Part shown: piece by piece, positions 51,467-62,859 of the stretch
Layout of the letters: the number at the start of each line of letters is the position of its first letter
Position numbering within the stretch: position 1 is the first letter of the stretch
Origin: Alphaproteobacteria bacterium
GTDB taxonomy: Bacteria; Pseudomonadota; Alphaproteobacteria; SP197
NCBI GenBank assembly: GCA_964291265.2
Contig: OZ219747.1
Coordinates: forward strand, 3,936,001-4,000,000
DNA: 64,000 nt
Direction: 5' to 3'
Translations under genes and position numbers: made by a program
Notes under the pieces: generated by a model
Seen by the model: only the letters and a program-made list of their open reading frames with translations
What the model was told of the DNA's origin: nothing
Database searches by the model: none

Positions 51467-52363
51467 CTATTTCAACGAATTCATGTACCGGTAGAGATAG
51501 GCCGTCAGGACCAGAATGATCACTAGGAGACCGGCAGCCATGGCGGAGGCGCGGCCGACATCGAGTCCGAAGAAGGCGGCACGGTAAATGTAGTAGCTGA
51601 TGAGATCGGTGGCCGTACCCGGGCCCCCCTTGGTCATGATGAAGATGATATCGAAGGTCTTGATGGCGAAGATCAGCCGCAACAGGATCGCCACCGCGAT
51701 CACCGGCCGCATCAGGGGCAAGGTGATGTGGATGAAGCAGCTGATGGTCGAAGCGCCATCCATACGCGCCGCTTCGTAGGGTTCCCGTGGCAGTGCGGCC
51801 AGGCCGGCGACCAGCAGGATGGCCATGAAGGAAACCTGGTGCCAGATATCGGTCAGCACCACGGTCCAGAAGGCGACATCGGCATCGCCGAGCCAGCTCA
51901 CCGGTGACATTCCAACGAGGCCAATGGCGTAGTTGACAATGCCGAGTTCCGAATGGAGCAGCATGCGCCACAGAAGACCGACGACGACGGGATTGATGAG
52001 AAGGGGCGCGAGCAGGATGAGGTAGTAGATCGATCCGAAGCGCCGGGTGGCATGGAGTGACAGGGCCACCGCAAAGCCGATGATGAATTCGATGACGATG
52101 GACGCCAGGACGAACTTCGTCGTCACCCAGAGCGAGCCCGGCAGATACTCCTCGTCAAGCGCCTCCTGGTAGTTCTCCACACCGACGAAGGTGTCGTAGT
52201 TGGGGGTCAAGAGCGTATAGTCGTGGACGCTCGTATAGAGCGTAAAGAATAGCGGAAACGTGATGACGATGAGAAGGGACAGGAGACCCGGCGCCGTGAG
52301 CAGGAGCCCAAAGCGCCGGTCTCTCCCGGCAAGTGTCAGTCCGTCGGCCGTGACCACGGACAT
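51467..52363 (-). CDS. Sugar ABC transporter permease (MalF-like)
   Basis: TM helices; EAARMDGAS; MTKGGPG. Confidence 0.92.
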   Translation of the reverse strand: MSVVTADGLTLAGRDRRFGLLLTAPGLLSLLIVITFPLFFTLYTSVHDYTLLTPNYDTFVGVENYQEALDEEYLPGSLWVTTKFVLASIVIEFIIGFAVALSLHATRRFGSIYYLILLAPLLINPVVVGLLWRMLLHSELGIVNYAIGLVGMSPVSWLGDADVAFWTVVLTDIWHQVSFMAILLVAGLAALPREPYEAARMDGASTISCFIHITLPLMRPVIAVAILLRLIFAIKTFDIIFIMTKGGPGTATDLISYYIYRAAFFGLDVGRASAMAAGLLVIILVLTAYLYRYMNSLK

Positions 52364-52379
52364 GACTCTTCGTTTATAC

Positions 52380-53660
52380 CTATTCCTCGATCTTGCCGTC
52401 CTTGACGAGCAAGGCGTGCAGCTTCTCCTGCGCTGCGGCCATCGCCTCAGCGACCGGTTTTTCGCCGGTGGCCGCAAGATTGAGTTCGAGACCCACCTGT
52501 TCGACGAACTCGGTGGTGTACGTGAACACCGGGAAATCCTTCGTTCCAGCGAGGATCTCCCCCAGGATCGGATAATAGGGCCGTGCCGTGACGACATCGG
52601 AATCGGTGAAGATCCGGGCCTGGGTCGGCGCGCCGCCGAGCATGGCCCGCTCCTTGGCCACCGCCGCCGACTCAGCCCACTTCATGAAGGTCCATGCGGC
52701 TTCCTTGTTCGGGCTGGAGTTGGGAATCGCCCAGCCCCATCCACCATTGAGGCCGCCACCCGGATTGGGCGCGATGCCGACCTTGCCGGCGACCTCGGAG
52801 GACTCAGGATCCTCGAAACCGGCATAGAGGATGTTGAAGGTGACGAAACTGTAGGCCCGGCCCTGCGCCATCACGTTGAAGGCCTCGTCAAAGCAATACG
52901 CTTCGGAACCGGCCGGGCTGTAGTTCTCGACGGCCTCCCGGTAATACTCCATTGCCCGGATGGCTTCCGGAGAATCGAGCAGCGGGTTCCAGTTCTCGTC
53001 GTGGTAGAGGCCGCCCTGTGAATAGAGGTAGTTGGCCCACTGCATCGAGATGCAGTCACCACGCTGCCCCTGAATGACCGTGCCGTAGAGGTCCCTGTTG
53101 CCGTCCCCGTCGGTGTCGCGGGTGAAGAACTCGACCTGCTTCCAGTATTCGTCCCAGGTCTGCGGCACACGGAGCTCCATGCCGTAGGCATCCTGGAAAG
53201 CCGCCTGTTCGTCGACATCGTCGATCAGATCCTGGCGATAGATGAGCGCCATGGAGTAGTTGTAGAAGGGCAGCATGTAGAGAACGCCGTCAACCCTTCC
53301 CACGAGGTCCATGAGCTTCGGCACATAGACGTCGACATCGACGCCGTCGCGTTCGACGAGTTCGTCAAGCGGCATCAGCCAGCCAGCCTTGGTGAACTCG
53401 CCGACCCAGTAGAAGTCGACCACGATAAGATCGTAGCTTCCTTCCGGAGCAATGAGCTGCGGCACCAGTTTCGAGTGCATGTCGATGTAGCTGATGGCCT
53501 CGATTTCGACATCGATGCCGGTTTCCTCCTCGAACTGAGGCAGCAGTTCCTGGATATAGCGGGTATCGGGAACCGTCTCCATGAGGATACGGATGGTCTG
53601 TGCCTGGGCAGCGCTGATACCGAGGGCCAGCGCAGCCGCGGCAGAAAGAAACAATCTCAT
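52380..53660 (-). CDS. Sugar ABC transporter substrate-binding protein
   Basis: Signal peptide AQA; FEEETGIDVE, PQTWDEY, GGWGWAI, EAAWTFMKW. Confidence 0.92.
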   Translation of the reverse strand: MRLFLSAAAALALGISAAQAQTIRILMETVPDTRYIQELLPQFEEETGIDVEIEAISYIDMHSKLVPQLIAPEGSYDLIVVDFYWVGEFTKAGWLMPLDELVERDGVDVDVYVPKLMDLVGRVDGVLYMLPFYNYSMALIYRQDLIDDVDEQAAFQDAYGMELRVPQTWDEYWKQVEFFTRDTDGDGNRDLYGTVIQGQRGDCISMQWANYLYSQGGLYHDENWNPLLDSPEAIRAMEYYREAVENYSPAGSEAYCFDEAFNVMAQGRAYSFVTFNILYAGFEDPESSEVAGKVGIAPNPGGGLNGGWGWAIPNSSPNKEAAWTFMKWAESAAVAKERAMLGGAPTQARIFTDSDVVTARPYYPILGEILAGTKDFPVFTYTTEFVEQVGLELNLAATGEKPVAEAMAAAQEKLHALLVKDGKIEE

Positions 53661-53724
53661 GATCTATCTCCCCTTGTGTTGAACAGTCATAGCGTCACTC
53701 AAATCTCCGTTCATCGATTGACGC

Positions 53725-54594
53725 CTACTTCAGTGCGCCCAAAGACAGGCCCTTGATGAGATAGCGGCGCAGGAAGGGCAGCAGCACCATGGCCGGAAGG
53801 ATGGCACAGATCGTCGCTGCCGACAGGAGCGCGATATCGACACCCCGGTGGGTCTGGAACGACGACAGACCCACCGGCAACGTATTCGTGTGCGGGCCGC
53901 TCAGGATGAGGGCATAGAGAAACTCGTTCCAGCTGAGCAGGAAGGCGAGAAGTCCGGCCGCCAGTATCCCCGGGGCCGCCACAGGCAAGGTGATGCGCAC
54001 CAGTGCCTGAAGGCGGGTGGCCCCGTCGGTGCGCGCCGCCTGCTCGAGCGTAGCCACCTCACCGTCGAAGAAGGCGACAAGCAGCCAGGCAAGAAAGGGC
54101 AGGCTGAGTGTCATGTGCGCCAGGATGAGGCCGGGGAGCGTGTTGATGAGCGACGCCTTGAGGAAGAGCGTGAAGAGCGGCAGAACAAGGATGACCGGCG
54201 GCAGCATCTGGCTCGACAGGACGAACAGACGCAGCGGCAGGCCTCCGGTGTTGTAGCGGGCAAAGGCGTAGGCCAGGCCCACCGCCAGCGGCAGGGCAAT
54301 GATCGTGGCGCCAAGGGCGACCGTGGTGCTGTTGAGGAAGTAGCTGAAGAACGGGTAGCCGGTGAAGATCTCGATGAAGTTGTCGAGATTCGCCTGACCC
54401 CACTCGGGCGGAATCCTGTAGGCCGTCGACTTGTCCGTCAGGGCGACCCGGAGCAGCCACACAAGGGGAAGCAGGATGACTGCGCTGAACACCACGAGGA
54501 TGCCGTGTGGCAACAGCCAGGACAGGGACTTCCAACGGCCCCGTTTCCGCATGGTACCGCGGCTGTTCGCAGTCATTCCCTCCTCGGCATCCAC
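53725..54594 (-). CDS. Sugar ABC transporter permease (MalG-like)
   Basis: FLNST, EQAARTDGAT, SWNEFLYAL, TLPVG. Confidence 0.92.
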   Translation of the reverse strand: MDAEEGMTANSRGTMRKRGRWKSLSWLLPHGILVVFSAVILLPLVWLLRVALTDKSTAYRIPPEWGQANLDNFIEIFTGYPFFSYFLNSTTVALGATIIALPLAVGLAYAFARYNTGGLPLRLFVLSSQMLPPVILVLPLFTLFLKASLINTLPGLILAHMTLSLPFLAWLLVAFFDGEVATLEQAARTDGATRLQALVRITLPVAAPGILAAGLLAFLLSWNEFLYALILSGPHTNTLPVGLSSFQTHRGVDIALLSAATICAILPAMVLLPFLRRYLIKGLSLGALK

Positions 54595-54779
54595 GCGCGC
54601 ACAGAAGCTCCCTCACGGCATCTCAGGCGCGAAGTCTGCGCCATGGCCACAGCTTCTTCAACAGCAATCCGGCCGTCTGGGGTCGCTCTTTCATGGGCAG
54701 CGGCGGCGCTCTCCGTGCTGGTCCCGGTTCAGAGGACTGTCGCCAAGGGTGACGGAAGCACTCGACAGCAGCCATGCGG

Positions 54780-55735
54780 TCGCACGCATCGAACCGGCAG
54801 GAAGCAGCGTGGTCGGTAGCCGCACAGCCTGATGATCTCGACCACGGCATCGGCTTCGTCCATGTCGCCGGTTCCGCTGGCTGCAGCGACCGGACTCGAT
54901 CAATGGTGCGGATTCGTCGGCATCGGCGTTGAGCTCCACTCGGGTCGAATTCTTCGACGATCCGTGTTGATCGTCGCGCTTGCCGCCCGCCCGGAGCCAG
55001 GGTACGCGTCTTTTGTGCAACGCCGGCGAGGCGGTCGAGAGGTGGCAACAGACGTATCCCGGCGACACGGCGGAATTCGGTGTCGTTCAGGGTGACCCGC
55101 GCCTCGCGGATGTCCTCAGCGATCTGTCCCGACTGATCCGAGAGACACGAAGCCGATTGGTGGGTGGTCTCGTCTCGTCGTGGGGCCGGTGACGGTCTGT
55201 CCCTGGCCTGGGTCGCCAGGGCGCTGACTCAGGTGTGTTCACTCCTCGATGAGTCCCCCGACGTCACGGGGGCCAACGGCAACGCGGTCCCAAGAACTGG
55301 ATGGGCTGGCCGGTGTTCGACGTACCCGGGGGCTGACCGGCCCGCCGACCCGGCGTCGCTCCACGTGGCTGTTGCCCGTTGCCGGTTCGGATGACGGAGC
55401 GCTTGTGGTCCGTAGCATCCTCGACCGCGCCATGCTGTCGGGAGGGCGCATCAGCCGTGGTGACGTACCGATTCTGCGTGTGCAGTACAATGAAGCCGCC
55501 GGAGCGGACCTGTGGCGCATGCTGCAATTCCTCGAGTCCCGGATGTACCGTCCTCTCGCCGGACCCTGTCTCGGCTGCCTTGCCCGCGGGCCGGACATAT
55601 TCGGCGCCGTCCATCGGAAGATGGAGATCGTTCACGATGTCATGGGCGGCGTGCGGTAGCCTGATCCTTCTCCAACGGGGACGTGACCGCCTCTGCGCCT
55701 GCACCGAGGTTCTCACCCTGTTGAGGGACGATTGA
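54780..55735 (+). pseudogene. FIST-domain sensory protein pseudogene
   Basis: Fragments WCGFVGIGV, FGVVQGDP..LVGGLVSS, LTQVCS, LPVAGSD, GCLARGPDIFG..MEIV across frames. Confidence 0.55.
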
Positions 55736-55741
55736 CCTCCA

Positions 55742-56776
<1,035 letters not shown>

Positions 56777-56979
56777 GATGTCGCGCTGTCCTTGTCTCGG
56801 CGGTGCAAGGCCGAACCTGGAGACGGGCGACCGTGGTCCGCTGCCCCTGATCGATGAGACCGCCGACAACCCGGTCGGTCGTCCAACCCGGATCACGATC
56901 AATCATGCACCGGCCTTCGGACAGGCCTCTCCCGGAAGACCACGGCATCAGGTGTTGCTCGGCCGGAGGATGTCATTGG

Positions 56980-58326
56980 TCATGAGGACGATGCCGGAAA
57001 GACGGTCCCCGGCGTGAAGGAGGCGATGGCCTCGTCGACAGTGCGCCGAAGGAGATCGACGATGGTATCGAGTTCGTCCATCGTCGCATTGTAGGGCGGC
57101 GCGATGATGATCTGATCGCCCCTGATGCCATCCACGTTGCCGCCGGTCGGATAGACGATGAGGCCCTTGTCGAATCCCGCCCGCATGATCCGTTGGAACA
57201 TGCGGGCATCGGGGCTGAAGGGTTCCGCCGTTTCCCGGTGCTCGACAATCTCGACGCCCTGGAAAAAACCCCGACCGCGGATGTCCCCGACATGGGGGTG
57301 CTGGCCGAGGGCTTCCTCGAGACGTGCACGCAGCACATCTCCCTTGGCCGCGACCCTGGCCACGAGGTCATCGCGCTCGATGATCCTCTGCACGGCGACG
57401 GCGGCGGCGCAGCAAGTGGTATGGGCGGTGAAGGTGTGGCCGGTGATCGGCAGACCGTCCACGGCGTAGATGGGTTCGGCGACCTTGGCAGAGAAGACAG
57501 CGGCGCCCAGGGGGAGGTAGCCGCCGCTCAGCCCCTTGGCGATGGACATGATATCGGGTTCCACGCCATCGTGTTCCAACGCTCGCCAAGTCCCGCAGCG
57601 CCCGACTCCGCACATCACCTCGTCGGCGATCATCAGCACCCCGGTCCTGTCACAGATCTCGCGGATAAGGCGCGCATAGCCGTCGGGCGCGGGAACCGCG
57701 CCTCCGGCGGCGCCGACAACCGGTTCGAAGATGAAGGCCGCGACATTCTCCGCTCCCAGACGAACGATCTCGTTCTCGAGTTCTCCGGCGCAGTATTCGG
57801 CAACGTCGCCGGGAGCGACCCCGGCCGGCGGCCTGTATGTGTTCACCGGCGAAAGACGGCTCGTTTCGATGAGCGAACCCCGGTAGGGACGCTGACGCTG
57901 GTGGAAGCCCGAGACGGAGAGGGCCCCCAGGGTGTTGCCATGCCATGAACGTTCGCGGCTGATGAAACGGACCCGCGAGGTCTCGCCCTGCGCCTGCTGG
58001 TACTGCAGTGCCAGCTTCAGGCAGCTCTCGACGGCCTCGGATCCGCCGGTGGTGAAGATGACGTGACCGAGGTCGCCTCCCGCCCGGCTTGTGATGATCT
58101 CCGTCAGTTCCTCGGCGGCGTCGCTGCGAAAGTGGAAACGATAGCCGAAGGCAATGTCGTCGAGCTGCATCCTGATCGCGTCATTCACCTCGCGGTTGCC
58201 GTGACCAATGCTGAAGGCGGCCGGCCCGCCCGATGCATCGATGTAGCGCCTGCCGTCGCGATCCCAGACGTGAATGCCCCGCCCGGATGCAATCTTGGGA
58301 AGCGTTGCAAGGGGGTCACTGATCAT
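56980..58326 (-). CDS. Class III PLP-dependent aminotransferase
   Basis: YIDASGG, GGSEAVE, SWHGNT, EPVVG, IADEVMCG, AKGLSGGY, GHTF; start may extend to 58425. Confidence 0.9.
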   Translation of the reverse strand: MISDPLATLPKIASGRGIHVWDRDGRRYIDASGGPAAFSIGHGNREVNDAIRMQLDDIAFGYRFHFRSDAAEELTEIITSRAGGDLGHVIFTTGGSEAVESCLKLALQYQQAQGETSRVRFISRERSWHGNTLGALSVSGFHQRQRPYRGSLIETSRLSPVNTYRPPAGVAPGDVAEYCAGELENEIVRLGAENVAAFIFEPVVGAAGGAVPAPDGYARLIREICDRTGVLMIADEVMCGVGRCGTWRALEHDGVEPDIMSIAKGLSGGYLPLGAAVFSAKVAEPIYAVDGLPITGHTFTAHTTCCAAAVAVQRIIERDDLVARVAAKGDVLRARLEEALGQHPHVGDIRGRGFFQGVEIVEHRETAEPFSPDARMFQRIMRAGFDKGLIVYPTGGNVDGIRGDQIIIAPPYNATMDELDTIVDLLRRTVDEAIASFTPGTVFPASSS

Positions 58327-58549
58327 GTCGGACCGTCCACTGGCTGCACCGCCGTCGATACAGCGGGCAGCCGCGGTGTTCAAGCGCATCGCCCAATCAA
58401 GGTGGCCGATGGTTGGATCGGGCACACCTGAGTAGCGTGCCTGATCCTCCCCGACGAAGAACCGGTCGACAGAAGGACCCGTCGCGACCGGGAGGTGCCA
58501 TCGACGCGGTGACTGCCAATCACCGGCCCGATGCCCTTCTGCCTTCCGG

Positions 58550-59146
58550 TCAAACGGCTTGCCGACGGATGCCGTGTCTCTTTATCTTCGTCAACTTCAG
58601 GTTGGCAAACGGGAAGGGGTAATCATCGGGACCGACCTGCGCTTTCGAGCGGGGAGAAACACGGGCGACAAACATCTCGATCAGACGACATTCGGTCGAT
58701 TTGGGTTGCGAGGACTCAGCGTAGTGAACATACAAATCTTCCAAGACAGAAAGCGTCCTGATCCAATGGCCGCCCCGGTGAGGACTTCTTCTTCCCAACT
58801 TATGCCTGTACAAATCACGGATTCGGCAAAACAGTGGCCCTTCTGTCTGGCCGATGTACAGGGTGCTTTCGTCGGTCAGCCAGTATTTCCGCAGGCGGTT
58901 TGCAACGGCATCCGGCGTCGGATTGGGGTCGTCGTCTATACCGAGTTCGGTTGCGTGTGCGAGCCAGACCTCTATCGCGCCTGAATCGAGCGGCGCGGCG
59001 TCCAGCAGCGGTGCGTTGTACCCCGGATCCGGCGAAAGCGCGACGACATAGACACCCGACTTCGTGCTCTGCACAGGCTCGCCCCAAGGGACAACGCCAC
59101 CATGCGAGACGCCAGCCGCCGAAAACAGCTGAGAAATAGTCGACAT
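58550..59146 (-). CDS. GIY-YIG-like hypothetical protein
   Basis: SGVYVV...TLYIGQT..RI...E..PFAN. Confidence 0.6.
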   Translation of the reverse strand: MSTISQLFSAAGVSHGGVVPWGEPVQSTKSGVYVVALSPDPGYNAPLLDAAPLDSGAIEVWLAHATELGIDDDPNPTPDAVANRLRKYWLTDESTLYIGQTEGPLFCRIRDLYRHKLGRRSPHRGGHWIRTLSVLEDLYVHYAESSQPKSTECRLIEMFVARVSPRSKAQVGPDDYPFPFANLKLTKIKRHGIRRQAV

Positions 59147-59306
59147 GCAGAAATTCTCCTTTTTGCCTTTGTTTCATGTGTCTGCGAGACCGCACGCAAA
59201 CTCCGCGGCTCTCCAGTTTTCCCACACTCTATTCAGTCACCGGGATCGATGGTGTTATCGAGGCCGCACCCAAGAAACGCTTGTCACGAGCCCAGTGGAC
59301 GTCTTG

Positions 59307-62138
59307 CTACGTAACGCGCCCGCCGCTTGATCTTCTGGTTCGTCCGGTCCGTGACTGCGCGATTCTGGAGGCGTCGAGCGGTGTACGCATCTTCTCGTAC
59401 CGCATGAACAGGTGTTCGATCCGGTCGCGCTCGGAGGTAAACGGCTTCTGCCGGTAGAGCCGGTCCACTGCCCGGTCGAGGCGCGTGTGGGCACGGCGGA
59501 GGGTTGGGGGCATCAGGTCGGTATCGTAGAGGTCGGCAAGAGTCGCCGCCGGATGATGGGCACGGGCATCGAGCACGGCCCAGGCCAGCGGCTCTAGATT
59601 CGACAGGTCCGCTTCGCCGGAAGCGAAGCCGCGCGGGGTCGGGAAGGTGTTGTAAACGAGACCAATGGAATAGCGGTAGCGGCTTTCCAGCCGCCCTCCG
59701 ACATGACGCAGCCACGTCATGTGCATCGCCGAGGTCAACAGTGCGAAATCCGCCAAGGTCGCGTTTTCCAGGACGCGAACCAAGTTGCTCGGAATGACCG
59801 GCGGTTCCAGCCAGCCGATGGGGGCGTATTCGCGTCGCTCCAAACTCACCTCGGGAATCACCAGGAACGGTGCGGTGGGGATGACTTCTACGTTGTAGCG
59901 CGTCGGGAAGTCGGCAATCGCCAGCGTGCTCTTGCGCTTGCTCTTCGCCCGAAAGCTGCGAACCGCTGCCATGCGCTCCCGGACGCGCGGGAGTTGCCTC
60001 AATGTCGCGGGCGCCGCCGCCTGCAAGGCCAGAATCCAACGCTCGCCGCCCTGCAGGTATTCGCGTGCACCGACATAGGGGCGCAAATATGGCACGGCGT
60101 CCGGTTCCGCTTCCAATAGTTCGGCGCGTTCTTCCGCATCGAAGATGTACTCGCCGTCATCAATGGGCTGGCTTCCGCTGATCAACCTTCCCATGCCATT
60201 GATCGGCGCACTTTCCTCCCGTACCACCAGATGCGGGTCCGACAGCCCGCCCGCATCGAACAGGTACGGCGACAGCGCTCCGTGGCGGCTTTCCTCCGGG
60301 TCGCCGTTGATGTCGGGATAGCTGAACAACCGCTTCTCCGCCCGCGCGGCCTCACGCCGGTCGAGACCGAGGATGACGACATGCACGTGCGCCCTGCCGC
60401 GCGCATCCGATCCCCATGCGAAGGTCCGGTGCGCGAACGCAATCTCCAAATTGCAGCGCCCGAACAACACCGGCCATAGCTGCGCGACCTGCTCGCCCTG
60501 GGTGATCGAGTTGGTCGCGACGAAGCCGATCCGGGCGCGGCCGCCCTGCACATACTCTCCTGCCTTGATGAACCATGCGGCGACATAATCGAGTGTGCCG
60601 CCGCTCTTGCCGAGGGCCGCGACCCCGCGCACCTGCGCGCGCTGGTCCGGCGTCTGGTACTTCGCACCGACGAACGGCGGATTGCCCAGCACGAATGAAC
60701 ACTCGCCCGGCGGCAGCAAGTCGGACCAGTCGGTTTCCAGCGCATCACCGTGGACGACATGCGGCGACATTTTAAGTGGGATACGCACATAGCTGTGGCC
60801 GAACTCCAAACTCAACCGGTTGTTCATGATGTGGTCCATCATCCACAACGCGGTCTCCGCGATACGGGCCGGGAACTCGCCAAGCTCGATCCCGTAGAAC
60901 TGGTCCACATCCACCACCGACTGCCACGCAGCATCGAGCTCCGCCTGCCCGGTCGCCGACATCGCCTTCCGAATCTCACGAATGATCTCGATTTCGAGCA
61001 GCCTCAATTCCCGGTAGGCGATGATGAGGAAGTTGCCGCAGCCGCACGCCGGGTCGAAGAATGTCAGGCGGCCAAGTCTGGCATGAAAGCGGTGAAGCCC
61101 GGCCAGACGCCGACTGTCTTTGCGGGTCTTCAACTGCTCGACCTCGGCGCGCAGCTCGTCCAGGAACAGCGGCTCGATGACCTTGAGGATGTTCTGCTCG
61201 GTCGTGTAGTGCGCACCCTGAGCGCGGCGTTCGGCAGGCTCCATCACCGACTGGAACAGTGCGCCGAAGATCGCGGGCGAGATGTTCGACCAGTCGAAGC
61301 GGCAGGCGTCGAGCAGGGCGGTGCGCATCGCCGCGTCGAACGCCGGGATCCGAAGCGCGCCCCGGAACAGGTCGCCATTGACATAGGGAAAGCGCGCCAG
61401 GTCCTCGTCGAGCGTGCGCTGGCGCCGGGCCTCCGGAGTGTTCAGTACTTGGAACAGCTGCGTGAGCCACAGGCCGAGGTCGGCGCCGTCCTCGCCGGTG
61501 CGCGCCTCGAGGAAGTCGAGGAACAGGTCGCGCGGCTCGAAGATGCCGGTGTCGTCGGCGAAGAGGCAGAAGACGGTCCGCACCAGGAAGCGCTCAAGAT
61601 CGTACCCCGCGTAGCCGGTCTCGCGGAGCGCGTCGTGAAGACGACCGACCAGCTCCGCAGCCTCGATGTTGGCCGGATCCTGATCGCGAAAGGCCCGGCG
61701 CTGCACGCCGAGGATGAAACCGAACGCTTCGACATGCTCCGGCAGATCGGCAAGCGCAAAGGCGATGGTCTCGTGTTCATCGAGGTCGTGAAGCTCGAAG
61801 GTCCGGAAGTCGCTCACCAGGATGTAGCGCGGGCGCTCGCGATCCGCCAGCGCGTCAAAGTACTCCCCGGCCTGTTCGTACGCCTTGCCGAGATCGCGCC
61901 CGGCGCTCTTCTGTTCGACGATGAGCACGCCCGGCCAGAACAGGTCGATGAAGCCCGAACGGTTGTCGAGCTTCGCGACGTGGGCCTCGTAGCGCGCAAC
62001 ACTCCGGCGCTGCACCCCGAACACGTCGAAGAAGGCGTTGTAGAAGCTCTGCGTCTCGCCCTTCTCGTAGGCCGCGTCCTTCCAGTCCTTGGCGAAGGCG
62101 GCAGCGCGAACCCGCACCTCGTTCCACGACAGGCGCAT
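59307..62138 (-). CDS. MmeI-like type IIL fused restriction-modification enzyme
   Basis: Nuclease IDLFWPG.LIVEQK; GAHYT; motif I FFDPACGCGNF; motif IV GNPPF; LADLYD..MP tail. Confidence 0.92.
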   Translation of the reverse strand: MRLSWNEVRVRAAAFAKDWKDAAYEKGETQSFYNAFFDVFGVQRRSVARYEAHVAKLDNRSGFIDLFWPGVLIVEQKSAGRDLGKAYEQAGEYFDALADRERPRYILVSDFRTFELHDLDEHETIAFALADLPEHVEAFGFILGVQRRAFRDQDPANIEAAELVGRLHDALRETGYAGYDLERFLVRTVFCLFADDTGIFEPRDLFLDFLEARTGEDGADLGLWLTQLFQVLNTPEARRQRTLDEDLARFPYVNGDLFRGALRIPAFDAAMRTALLDACRFDWSNISPAIFGALFQSVMEPAERRAQGAHYTTEQNILKVIEPLFLDELRAEVEQLKTRKDSRRLAGLHRFHARLGRLTFFDPACGCGNFLIIAYRELRLLEIEIIREIRKAMSATGQAELDAAWQSVVDVDQFYGIELGEFPARIAETALWMMDHIMNNRLSLEFGHSYVRIPLKMSPHVVHGDALETDWSDLLPPGECSFVLGNPPFVGAKYQTPDQRAQVRGVAALGKSGGTLDYVAAWFIKAGEYVQGGRARIGFVATNSITQGEQVAQLWPVLFGRCNLEIAFAHRTFAWGSDARGRAHVHVVILGLDRREAARAEKRLFSYPDINGDPEESRHGALSPYLFDAGGLSDPHLVVREESAPINGMGRLISGSQPIDDGEYIFDAEERAELLEAEPDAVPYLRPYVGAREYLQGGERWILALQAAAPATLRQLPRVRERMAAVRSFRAKSKRKSTLAIADFPTRYNVEVIPTAPFLVIPEVSLERREYAPIGWLEPPVIPSNLVRVLENATLADFALLTSAMHMTWLRHVGGRLESRYRYSIGLVYNTFPTPRGFASGEADLSNLEPLAWAVLDARAHHPAATLADLYDTDLMPPTLRRAHTRLDRAVDRLYRQKPFTSERDRIEHLFMRYEKMRTPLDASRIAQSRTGRTRRSSGGRVT

Positions 62139-62859
62139 CAGACGGCGGCACCCGGCCTAGCGCCCACAACCGGACGGTGCACCGCCGGTTCGAAACGGAC
62201 GGCCGACAGCCAGGAGGTCCGGACACCGTCCGACCGCACGGATGCAAGACCCTGTCATGCGTGCAACACGGCCACACGCGGTCCGGCGAAGCCTCGATCC
62301 TGGCGTGCCTGCACAGACTCGTCGCACACCCGCAACCGCATCCCCTGCTCGGCAGTCATCGCGCTCTTGCAGCAATCGCATTTCCTTGTGCCCGCGTGTC
62401 ATGATGGATTGTCGTGCCCCACGTTCCACACCGCAAGCGCCTGCCACGGTGCCAGTCCCAGCGGTCACGCTGCGGAGCAGAAATGAGCACGACGTTCGGT
62501 GGGACAGACACCGCGGGAACCGGTATCACCATGACCTTCGGTCAAGAGACTCCCAGGCTCGCGGAGGTTCTCCACAAGCCCCGGAAGCTGTCGCTTGTCG
62601 ATGACTGCAGGCGGCGGATCGCCTGATCCGCTACCCCCGGCTGTCCGGATTCTCCGCTCACGGCTTCGGCTGGACCTTTCCCGCTGGACGCGTCGGGAGA
62701 GAGCGCTCATGATCCGGTGCACGGACTGTGCGACAATGTCGCTCTGACGCAGAAACAGTGCTTTGACTTCGCATCGGGTCCTGTTGGCCGTGAACGGTCC
62801 AGTGCAGGATCCGGGATTGGATTGAGACGTGGTGTCGGTCGGACGTTCGCCGATCCCGC

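Noticed and set aside
60750-62486. Long plus-strand ORFs such as 60750..62486, 18531..20006, 21329..22699 and 40687..41937
   Set aside because: They are antisense shadows of well-supported genes, as expected in high-GC DNA
62150-62850. Small ORF 62484-62626 or ncRNA between the RM and AAA genes
   Set aside because: No motif, repeat or convincing structure; probably decayed coding sequence
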